The translations under genes were made by a program, and so were the position numbers. Shown here one piece after another: positions 23,980 through 34,138 of a stretch of DNA of 63,802 bases. The notes below the pieces were generated by a model. It did not search any database. It was given only the letters and a program-made list of their open reading frames with translations, and was not told where the DNA came from. The DNA is from Fonticula alba ATCC 38817 (Eukaryota > Protista > Nucleariida), in assembly GCA_000388065.2 (NCBI GenBank), contig KB932204.1. One strand, given 5' to 3'. Position 1 is the first letter of the stretch. Each line of letters opens with the position of its first letter.

Positions 23980-26900
23980 TCACCGACGGCGCCGACGACC
24001 GAGGCCATCCTCATCGCTGGGCAGGACCCCCGGGTGCCCCTCTTCGGACACCGGCCAGCGGTAGGTCTGCTCGATGAGGCGCGTGACAAGGCTCACCCGG
24101 CGGCGAAGCTCCCGGCCGAAGGTGTCAGCCAGGGCGCCCTCCCGGCGAATGCGGGCCTCGTCAATCAGACGCCGGCACACCGCCGGGTCGCCGGCGAAGG
24201 ATTCCCGGCCGCCGCCGACCACCCGGCGCCCGGGGCCGACACTGGCTCGATCATGGCCAAAGTGCCGCATGAACCCCTGGTCCAGGGGCAGGTCCAGCTC
24301 GTGCGGGGCATTACGCCCGGAGGACAGCCCATGGATTTGGGTTTCCATGACTCGCGCCGTCAGGAGCATGGCCTTGGTCCGCTGACGCGGGTCGGCCGGC
24401 GGGTCCTCCAGGTAGGGGAAGGCAAGAGACCGGAGAGCCGCCTGGGTGGATGGAGTGATGGACGGGCGCAGGGCCGGTGGCGTAGGACCATGGTCCTTCT
24501 GCCCGGAGGAGGTGGCCGCACCCTCCTCGGCGGTGGCCACCGCGCGGAAGTAATCGGCCAGGCGCCGGCGCTCGACCTCCGACAGCTCGGGCTCGCATTC
24601 GCTGACAAAGCGATTGCGGAAACTCAGGGACTTGAGCATGGCCAGTGCCTGGCGCGAGGGCCCGGTGGCGGTGTCCTCCCCGGGGCCGGTGCTCTGCAAT
24701 CGAGCATGCAGGCTTTGGACCTGGCTGCGGAAGAGCGTCCAGAGCGACGGCCGCAGGGTGATCCCCTGGCCCGGGGGGGCCGGCCCCGGGCCCAAGGTGG
24801 CGCTGGAGGGCTCCAGGAACTCGTCCACATCCATGTGCACCAAGAGGGCATAGCTGTCGCCGGCCTGGTAGAGGCAATCATTGAGCAGGACCCGCTGGCC
24901 GTAGTAGGCCACGCGGCCCTGGCCAAGCACGCGCTGGTGGCGCCAGTCATGCAGGACCACCAACGGGCGGAATTCCCGCTGGCGATCGGCCGCAGCCGCG
25001 GCCCCTTGCCGAGTGGCCTCCTTGCCGCGAGCCGGGCCATCCACCTCGGGCGACCAATTCCATGGCCAGGAGTCGCCGGGCGGCAGGCCGGGCCAGGCAC
25101 CGGTGAGTGAGGGGTCCTGCCCGGGTGGCGAGCTACCGGCTGGCAAAAGTTCCCCAGCCGGCACCGACGGCCAGCGTGCATAGAAGTCCAGCACATCGGC
25201 CACATTTTGGTCCCCGGTATCGGCCACATAGGCATGCACCTGGCGGACGCCCACCATGCGGTGGTACTCCAGCCACTCGATGTAATGCCGGGCCAGCGGC
25301 CGGCGCCCGACACGGTCCCCGGCATACACCGGCCCCAGGCAAGCGGCCACCGGGACAAATGCCGGGGCCGGGGGGACCGATGTGGGGCTTTCCCCGGGCC
25401 CGAGGTCCAGCGACCGGTCCAGGGCATCCAGCCATTGGTGAAGCTCGGCCGAGGCGGCGGCCGCGGGTGGATCGAAGGCCGGCGCCCGGACTTCCAACCC
25501 ATCCACCAGACGAACATGCCCCTCGGGGGTCCGAGCCTCGGCCAGCAGGCGCAAGCCGGCCGACTCGCCGTCTTCCTCCCCGTCGGAGTCTTCCTCCTCG
25601 TGGGGGTGACTGTCGGGATCGCTTTCCGAGGGGGCGCCACTGCTTTCCAACTTGTCAGCATGATCCCCACGGCGGCGCCGGGCTCGAGCTGGCTCGGGCT
25701 CCGGGAGATCACCGGCCTCGAGGAGCTCCAGCAGACGGTGGGTCCCGCGAGGCATCAAGGCCAGCAGGTCCACCCGGACGCCGTCCGCCGGCCAGGGCGA
25801 GACACGGGGCCCGGGCCCGGTGTCGCTGGCGGCGGCCGAGGCCAGGCCGGCCAGCGTGTCGGCCTGCTGCCGCGACAGGGCACAAAAGACCAAGCCCACG
25901 CGATAGATGTGGGCTGGCTGTGGCTGGCCCAGCAAGCTCAGTCGGGCCTCGGCCAGCAGGGTGACAGTCCCGCCCGAGGGCACAGCCACGCGTACTCGGC
26001 AGCCAAGGACAAACCCCGGCGGCGGGGTGTTGCCGGTGGAGTCCCAGGCACCGGGTGGAGACCGGCGCCGGCCCCCGGCAACCGGCTCCCGCGACGCATG
26101 GTCGGCCCGGCCCAAGTGCTGCATGTCACGCAGGCGTTCGGCATCCAGGTGCTCCTGGGCCCAGGAGAAGTATTCGGCCACCTGGAGCATGCGCTCGAAC
26201 CACGTCTGGCGCACATACTGCATAACCACGACCACCGACGCGCCGCGCGGATCGTGCAGCGGCCCCCCGCTGGGCCCGGGCGGGCCCGTCTGACGGATAC
26301 CCCGACGACGGGTCAGGGCCACTTCCGGGTCCGGCGGCTGGAGGAAGGCCCGCTCGGAGGCCGGAGACCGTTGGCTCAGGAGATAGGCCCCGGAGATGGT
26401 GAGCTCGCGCTCGGCCGTCCCTGGCCACAAGCGCTCCCAAGCGTATGACGAGGCGGGTGGATTAAACAAGTGGTCGTAAATGACCGCGTGCGATCCGGTT
26501 TGGGAGTACGTGGTGATGGGGTCGGCTGATGTCGGGTGGCGTGGGCATGCGTGTGTGTGTGGGGGGGAGGGGGGGTAGCACGAGTGTTAGTCATGGTCGC
26601 GAGCACTTGTGTGAGATTGCGCGAAAATGCGGAGGAGCCGGACTGGAGGTGCCGCCGGCGCCCGGGAAGGGGGGACATGGACATTGGGTCCCGGGTGCGA
26701 ACGGCACGCGGACACCACGCACAGTACTCCTCGTCGAAGATGGAGCCATCGCCCGGGCGAGAGGCAATATGCTCAGCGGCCGGGTCCGGGCCTGGAGGCT
26801 CCACCTGCTGGGCCTTGTCACTGGGGGCCATCTTGCCCTCTGACGGCCGAGGGGTGGCGGACTTGCCGTTGGCCACCGAAGACCCTGAATCTTTGGAAGG

Positions 26901-27314
26901 GGGACTTTTGGAAGTTGGGGCCTTGGAGGGTGGGGACTTGGCGAAAGGCGGGGCTTCGGTCGGTGGTGCCCGAGTAGTGGCCGGGGCCTCGGTCTCAAAG
27001 CCGGATAGCTCCTCAAACCCACCGGCCGTCGTCAGCAACTTGTCGATCTTATTCTTTGCCGGGCCACCAGTTTTGGTGGCCAATGTGGCTGTCGTCACGC
27101 TGGCAGCCTCATTCCGAGGTGCCTGCTCCGAGTCGGGGCTGAAGAGAAAGGCCACCGCCAGCAGGACAATGGCCACCAAGCCCACGGGAAAGAGGAGGAA
27201 GTTCTTGGTGCGGACAATTCGCCGCCACCAACGATTGCCCCGGCCGCGGCGCTTCGGATGGACACTCGGCGAGGCGTCCAGGAAGAAGCCCATCGAGTCG
27301 CGCTGGTCGCCCAT
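23980..27314 (-). CDS. Type II membrane glycosyltransferase, GT92/DUF23 family
   Basis: complement(join(23980..26525,26723..27314)); alternative start 27293. Basic cytosolic tail, then TM NFLLFPVGLVAIVLLAVAFLF, then Ser/Pro/Thr stem. GT92-like motifs VAACLGPVY, EWLEYHRMVGVRQVHAY, QRVLLNDCLY and DxD motif HMDVDEF. Confidence 0.8.
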
Positions 27315-28501
27315 GCTCTGCGGCTGCCGCGTGGCCAGCCCCTTTCTCCGAGAGGGGCGGCAGGGGGCGAGGAGGGCGTGTAGGAGAGGGGGGGGGGGGG
27401 AACCGCCAAATCAGCGGTATGTCAATCGGCCGGGAGCAGATCAGGCGAACAGGGGCACTGCGGGCAGGAGAGGCGAAGCTTCATGGGTTTGTGGATATCG
27501 ATGGAGATGTGGGCTGTACCGACAGCCCGGTGGCTCGGGGGTGGCTCTTATCTGTTGTCGGGGCCGGATGCTGGTGCGGGCTGGGAGGGAGGGAGGGGGG
27601 GTGGCACCGCAGGCCGCGGCATTGCGGGCTAAGTTGCGCCCTACCGACTGGGCTCCGCCCCCGCGCGAACAGAACGTTGGCGCCTCAAGGGGGAAGGGGC
27701 GGAGGGGCCGGGAAAGGGGGCATGGCTGCCGGGGGCATGCTCGATCCCGGACGGCGGCGATCTGGAGCACCAGCACCTGGGCATGTCTGGCAATCTCGCG
27801 CCCCCTGTGTCTGCCAAACGCCTGCCGGTTGCCTTTGTCCGTCTCCCCCGCCGGCGGGTTCATGTCCGACCCTGGCATGCCGAGTCCCGCTCCGACACTG
27901 CGCATGGTCCTGGGGGCGGGGAATTCGAGCAAAAGCCCCCCGGGAGCCGGGTATGGTTGTTTTTTTTTTCGCCACACCATCATGCCCCCAGTGGATGAGT
28001 GTTTGGCCGCGGCCGTCGGGCTCCGGTGGAAAACGCCCCGCCCGGCAAGGCGCATCCGCGGGGACGAGCGGCGCGCGCACGCCGCACGGCCTCTCCCTCC
28101 ATCTTCTTCATTTCCTGCGCCCCATTTGCCGATCTTGTCTCACCATTCCAGACAAATACCCGGGGCAGGAGGGGCCCGAGCGGGGCAGGAGGCGCGAGGG
28201 GCCAGGACATCTCTCGCCCCCAGGGTGGAAGCTCGGTCGAGGAGACCACCCGCGACGCCAGGTACAAGGGCATCCAGCTCCGGGGCACAGTGGCCACGAA
28301 ACAAACAGCCATGAAGTCACATTGACACCGATGGCCCTCGATCGTTAACCGACACACACGCTTCTCACAACCCTGCACACACTTGCATGCACTTGCAGAC
28401 ACTTGCCTCGCAAGCGGAGGGCAAGACAAGAGAAAAAAAAAAGGAAGAAAAATGGGTCACCCCTGGGGTTCACACGCGCTCCGGCCAGCGGGTTTGCCAA
28501 C

Positions 28502-28507
28502 AAAAAA
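28502..28507 (-). terminator. RNA polymerase III terminator (T6) downstream of tRNA-Asp
   Basis: TTTTTT on the minus strand 3 nt after the discriminator base. Confidence 0.8.
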
Positions 28508-28510
28508 GAG

Positions 28511-28582
28511 CTCCCGATCCGGGAATTGAACCCGGGCCTCCCGCGTGACAGGCGGGGATTCTCACCACTATACTAATCGGGA
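28511..28582 (-). tRNA. tRNA-Asp (anticodon GTC), 72 nt, no intron
   Basis: TCCCGAT TA GTAT AGTGGTGA GAAT C CCCGC CTGTCAC GCGGG AGGC CCGGG TTCAATT CCCGG ATCGGGA G. Acceptor, anticodon and T stems pair perfectly. A/B-box-like internal sequences and discriminator G are present. Confidence 0.96.
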
Positions 28583-30477
28583 TTGATCTGCGGGTAGGCA
28601 CGAAATCGAGCGTCTTGATCCTGTGCCCGGGTCACCAGGCGGCTGGTCGCCTGATCCCCCTGCCGAGACCGCCTTTCCCTAAATCGAAAATCAGCCGTCC
28701 AGTTACCCCGCCAATACAGCCCACAACCGTGTGGGGCCGAGCCCCGGTTGGCCGACGTCACTCGCCCCCTCATGCGAGGCATCCCCCCGCAAAAGAAGAA
28801 AAAGAAAAGCCCATGCCAGCCATGGTGTTCTCGCTCCCCAGCCCCCTCAGGCTTCTGCTTGATTGTGGGCATAGAAAGACATCGGGATTTGGGTTAGGCC
28901 ACAGCTCGGCGCCGGAGGCCGCATTTTTTCTTTTATTTTATTTCCCCATTTTCCCCTCCGCTCCCTCCTCAGCTCATGCGGGGGGGGGGAAACATGAATA
29001 GCCTCCCTGATGATGGTGGAGGGTTATGAGGGCCGGGTGAAAGGAGCCCCCCGGAGGGGGATGGATGGTCTCGCGGATCATTCTTCAGGAACCGCGGGTC
29101 GGAACATGGGTGGTCGCAATGGAGGAGGCCCTTCGGTCAATGGGCTCGTGTGAAATTACTCGCCGTCCATCGTATTGGTGGTGATCTCATGCGCTTCGGG
29201 GATAATGGTGGCGCTCTGGGAGCAAGTGGCATGGAGGGAAAGCGAGGGAGGCCATTTCGCGCGTATGCTTGTTGCCATAACCATAGTAGCGTCCGTGGGA
29301 ACGCGGCTCCTCACACCCGGGCGGGGAGAGCCACCAGCGACCGTGACTCTGGAGCATAGGGCGTGGGGGCGGGAGAGAACGGTGGCAGAGGGCGGAAAGG
29401 GGGGGGCGACTCCAATTGTCGGGGGGGGGGGGGGGAGAGGGCATTTCCGCGGATGTATTATAGGAGCACAGGCCATGTGGACCGTGCGCCGGGGGTGGAG
29501 ACAGCTCGGGCAGGGGCGCATTTTGGGGTAGAAACAAAAATAAAGGGAATAAGCCGGGTGAGTGGCACCGCCTCTTCGAGTTGACACACGACCACTGGCC
29601 CCGGTCATTGCGGCGCGCATGGCAGACGCCTGGCTCCTTTCCTCCGGGACTCTCCCCCGAGGCGGCACCCGCCCTGCTTTTGTGTGCACTTCTGTTCGCC
29701 TAGAGGGTGTGTCCCGCCATGGAGGCATATTCCTGAAGATACCATGAAGATGGCGCCCGTTGTGGGGGAGGGAGCCTGGGCTTGGCCGCGGATGATTGGG
29801 GCAAGGGGCGCGGGGGCAACCACTGTGTAGGCCCGACATAAACTACATCCGGGTCGAGGGGCAGCCCATGTAGCTGACGGACCCGGCAAGCATGGTTGAC
29901 TCCCCCCGCCCCCCCCCCCCTCGTCTAAGGTGCATTGCTAGTGGGGCGACCGCCGTGGAGGGTAATACGCGGGCGAGGGCATGGCAGACTCCACGGAGCG
30001 AGGTCGGGGCAGCCGTGCACTCGACCGATATCTACGGGCCGGGAATTGCCTGCAGCCGCGCGGGGGGGGGGGCCATTGAGCGGTTGTGGGTGCGTGTCCC
30101 TGGTTGGTGGCTGCCCACCCGCCCGGGCCCATCGGGGCTTAGCAGAAATATAAAAGTGCAAACTGGCGGTCCCCCTGCCTGGCCTGGGTCTAGTATCTTG
30201 CCACGGTGATCTGGATATCATCGGACCTCCCCTCTCTACACACACGCCCCCTACACCGCCCCGCTTCTGTCGCGCGCTTGTCCGTCCGCTGCCCTCCGCT
30301 CCTGGAGAAAGCCCCCTGCACGCAGGTAGGATCGCCCCGCCTGCCACCTTTTGCCCCTCGATCACTCCATGGTCGCCTTTCGCCGCACACTCCGCGAGGC
30401 ATGTGCCTTCACTGACACCTTTGCGGCCCTCCGGCGACCTCCATTATCCGGCCCTCCTGGCAGTCAGATCTTTCATC

Positions 30478-31142
30478 ATGCGTAGCTCCTCTCTCCCGAT
30501 GGCCCTGATGCTCGGTGCGTACTGACGGATGGGTCGCCATGTGTCATCGCCCCGTGCCCATGCTCGCGGCCTTGTCCGCCTCCTTCGCTCGCCCGCGCCC
30601 CCCCCCCCCCCCCCCCCCGCCCCGCCCCCCGCTAACATGGCAGCCCCACTTATTTGGCGGCACCCATGTCCCCCTCAGCCACGGTCTTTGTTGGCGCCCT
30701 CGGCACCGCGGCCGCGCAAAACTTCTACGACGGCGAGCCGTGGAAGAACTACGTGCATCTGATTGGCCCCCTGCCGGTGTCGAAGTTCGTCAAGGATCCC
30801 AGCCCCTGCTCCAGCATTGGCCTGAATGTTCGCGAGCGCTACATCGAGGAGCATTGCACCTGGGGGCGGAATGAGGCTTCGGAAATCTGTGCCGAGCAGT
30901 GCTACAACTACATCTATGATGTCCTCAACTGCCAGGTGTTTGACGGCCTGCGTGGCGAGTGCTTCGCCGGGCTGGAGACCATGCGGATCCGCTGCGCGGC
31001 CGAGGCCCCGGAGAGCTTTGCCACCCATGCGGCCGACGGCACGCGCTTCACCTGCAGTGATGGCTTCAGCATCCGCGCGGGCGCCCAGTCGGTGGCTGCC
31101 GTGGCGGCGCTGGCGGCCGCGATCATGGCCTACCTCATGTAA
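30478..31142 (+). CDS. Small secreted Cys-rich protein with probable GPI-anchor signal (family not recognised)
   Basis: join(30478..30514,30679..31142). Donor GTGCGT at 30515, branch GCTAAC at 30631, acceptor CAG at 30678. Splicing creates the signal peptide MRSSSLPMALMLATVFVGALGTAAAQ. Eight Cys. Hydrophobic C-terminus SVAAVAALAAAIMAYLM. Confidence 0.75.
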
Positions 31143-32567
31143 GGCGCCCGGGCCCGAAGGCGTGCGTGTCTACTTTGTAATGGGCCCCGACGCGGACGCG
31201 GTGGGAGCGCCGGGGGAGGACGTGCGCGCGCGCGCCGTCCATTGTGCACGGGCCCCGTGCTATGCGCAGCATGTCGCGCCCATCCCCTTCGCCATGCTCG
31301 CGCGTGCGCCCATGCGCGGATGACCAGGCGACCATCTCCGTCAACCGGGCCCGGGTAGGCCCTCCCCCCGCTGTGAGTGCCCATTACTTTTGGAGCATCC
31401 AGCGAGGGGAGAGAATACGCCCACGACACGCGCGCCCTGCGACTGCGCCTCTCCCGATTGCCCCCTCATGTGTGAGTGTATCTCGACATGGCCACTCGCT
31501 CGCCCCCTCCTGCCCCGTTTGCGCTCGGCGTCCATCATGCCTCGCGAGGGTACCAGGAATCCGAGGCATGCGCATGGGGGGGGGTAGGGCGCGCTGTGTG
31601 TGGCACTTGGCTGCGTTAAAGAAAAAACAATACACGACGAGCGAAGATCCGCATCCATTTGCCCGGCCAGTCTTCATGGCATGGGATCATCCCCTGTGCC
31701 TGTCTCTCTCTCTCTCTTCCGATGCACCTAACACTCCCTGCCCCAGATACATACATATAAGTAAGAGCACGCATTATCCGGGGAGTAGCCGCTTGGATGG
31801 GGGGGGGTCTGCGTCAGTGGAGGACGCGCTGCTGGGGGGGAGTGTAGGGCCAGCCCATCCTGAGAGAGAGGGGTCTCCGTCCTGAGGGGGAGAAGACAGT
31901 CGAGCACACTCCGCACATATGGGTTGGTAACTGCGCGCCCGGACAAGGGTCGAGGCCTACTCCCCTATGATGGCATAGCGCGCCTATGGTTGGATGAGCC
32001 TCCCTTTGGGGGTGACTCGATTTTGTGGTGGTGGCAGGGCGGTGGGAGGGGGGGGGGGCGCCCCTCGGGTGTTCATGCATACCCCCTTTTGAGGAGGGAC
32101 GATATGGCCGGGCAGGTGCAGCGGAGCATGCCCAGTGCGGGGGTCATATCCAAACAGCAGGGAGGCCGAGTAAGGGGGCGTAAGTGGCCAGAGTGACCGT
32201 AAGGAGCCAACGGAGAAGCCCCTGAAAGGGCCATGATTGGGCAACAAAACGACATGTCCCACCCCAAGGGGGATCTTCAGATGTATTGCAACTTGGGAAC
32301 GTGATAGAGAGAGAGAGAGGCGCGGAAGGAAGGAAGGAGCGGTCGTCTGCTTGTGTTTCTTATGTATGTCGGAAGGGTCACGCGTTCGGTATGTTACAGA
32401 TGAGGGAGGGGGGGGGGGATATAGCTCAGGGCATAAGTGTTTGATGGAGCGATCGGGGCGAGTATAAGCCCCGGCTCGAGAGTGATGGCAGGCTGCAGGC
32501 ACAAATGCAAAGGAGCATGGTAGGTGACTGCCTCGGGTCAGGCAGGAGCGACCACAGTGAACAGGCA

Positions 32568-32607
<40 letters not shown>

Positions 32608-32668
32608 TATGCGCACACGCACACACACACACACACACGCATACATCCAGGCCCCGGATCATGCCCCG

Positions 32669-34138
32669 TCACTCGATAATGAGCTCGGCTTGCTCATAAC
32701 CCGGGGCATGGATGCGCCAGGTGTCCCATGTGTCCTGCAGGAGGCTGATGTACCGCTCGTGGTACTCATCCACCAGGCCCTCGGGGACTGGCTCCCCGGA
32801 GATGGCATACTCATCGGGCACCACCAACGGAGAACCGTAGACCACGGTCAGGGGGCCCTGACGGGGGAGGAGACTGAAGAAGCGCCCCCAGAAGAGGAGG
32901 AACGGCATCTTCAGGGTGCGCAGTAGGAAGCGGCTGGCGGCCGGGGCCGGCTTCCACGTGCGGAAGGCCGCCTCCTCGCCGAAGCACACCATGGGCACCA
33001 GGTCGCAGCCCTGCTGCAGGGCCAAGCGGATGAAGCCCTTGCGCTTGCGCAAAAACACCCGGGTAACATGGGGCATGTCCGGGTCGATCATGAAAATTTC
33101 GGCCGACCCGCCGGGGAACACCTGCACACTCTGACCGGAAGTGAGGGCCCGAACGGCGTAGCGCAGGCTGGCATCGATCAGGCCACAGAGGACGGCGAAT
33201 TCGCGGTTGATGGGTACCCGGAAGATGGGCGTGGCGCCGAGGATGCGGTAGGGGATGCCATAGCGCGAGGCCCGGCTGGGCTTGGGGAGGGTGGGATCTT
33301 GACTGGGCGGCGGGAGGGGGCCCTGGCTGGCGGTCGGCCGGGAGGAAGCGGGCCGCGGCTGGGAAAGCACCCCCCCGGCCCGGGTAATGAGGGTCGTTTC
33401 GGTCAGCGGATCGGCCGGATGCACGGTGTCGGCCGTGGGGAAGAGCCAGCCCCATAGGCCGCCATATTGCACCAGGCGGCTGAGAACCAAGATGCCGTGG
33501 GGGTGCGAGGCAAACACATATCGGCGGTTGGGATTCAAGCGAGTCGTGCGGATGGCCGTGAAGGGCATGTATGTGTGGATGAGACCCCAGGCCGGGGACT
33601 CCCGGATCCACGAGGGGGCCGACCGGTCCGAGCGAGTCGGCGACAGGGACTCCCGGAGTCGGAGATACAGCAGGACCGGCAGGGTGGCCAGGCCTAGGGC
33701 CGCCGATCGGCGCGCGAGCATCCCCTCGAAGCCGACAAACAGCCACCTGGTCCCGAGCAGGTACACCAGGAAGATGCTGACCACAAAGAGAGGGCCCCAT
33801 AGGAGATAGTGCGAGAGGAACATCATGAGGGAGGTTTCGGTCCGTCGGCGCCGGGAGGCCTCGGCGCGAGTGTGCGTCACGCGCATCAGCCCGGAGTCCA
33901 GGTCCTCGTAGATGACACGCGTGCCGGGGGCCTGTGCCGGCAAGCATGGCAAGGTGCCGTGCAGCATGCCGTAGTTGGGGCTCGGCTGGGCGGCCGCACA
34001 CTCCGGGGCCAATCCCCCGGCCAGGGACTTCACCGGGGCCAATGGCCGTGCATCCTCGGCCGAGGGGGGGAGCGCATAGTCGGCCTCAGCGGAGAAGGCT
34101 CGCCCGCGCGGTAGGCCGGCGGGAGCAGGCGGCGGCAT
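32669..34138 (-). CDS. DGAT2: Diacylglycerol/monoacylglycerol acyltransferase, DGAT2 (DAGAT) family
   Basis: Single open frame. N-terminal TM region, YMP (YFP-like) motif, YVFASHPHG, FPGGSAE, RKRKGFIRLALQQG, LVPMVCFGE, VVYGSPL. The true start could lie upstream, inside gap 34169-34533. Confidence 0.88.
   Translation of the reverse strand: MPPPAPAGLPRGRAFSAEADYALPPSAEDARPLAPVKSLAGGLAPECAAAQPSPNYGMLHGTLPCLPAQAPGTRVIYEDLDSGLMRVTHTRAEASRRRRTETSLMMFLSHYLLWGPLFVVSIFLVYLLGTRWLFVGFEGMLARRSAALGLATLPVLLYLRLRESLSPTRSDRSAPSWIRESPAWGLIHTYMPFTAIRTTRLNPNRRYVFASHPHGILVLSRLVQYGGLWGWLFPTADTVHPADPLTETTLITRAGGVLSQPRPASSRPTASQGPLPPPSQDPTLPKPSRASRYGIPYRILGATPIFRVPINREFAVLCGLIDASLRYAVRALTSGQSVQVFPGGSAEIFMIDPDMPHVTRVFLRKRKGFIRLALQQGCDLVPMVCFGEEAAFRTWKPAPAASRFLLRTLKMPFLLFWGRFFSLLPRQGPLTVVYGSPLVVPDEYAISGEPVPEGLVDEYHERYISLLQDTWDTWRIHAPGYEQAELIIE

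Noticed and set aside
29150-29839. Short ORFs in a less GC-skewed stretch beyond the tRNA
   Set aside because: No recognisable motif or consistent splice pattern on either strand.
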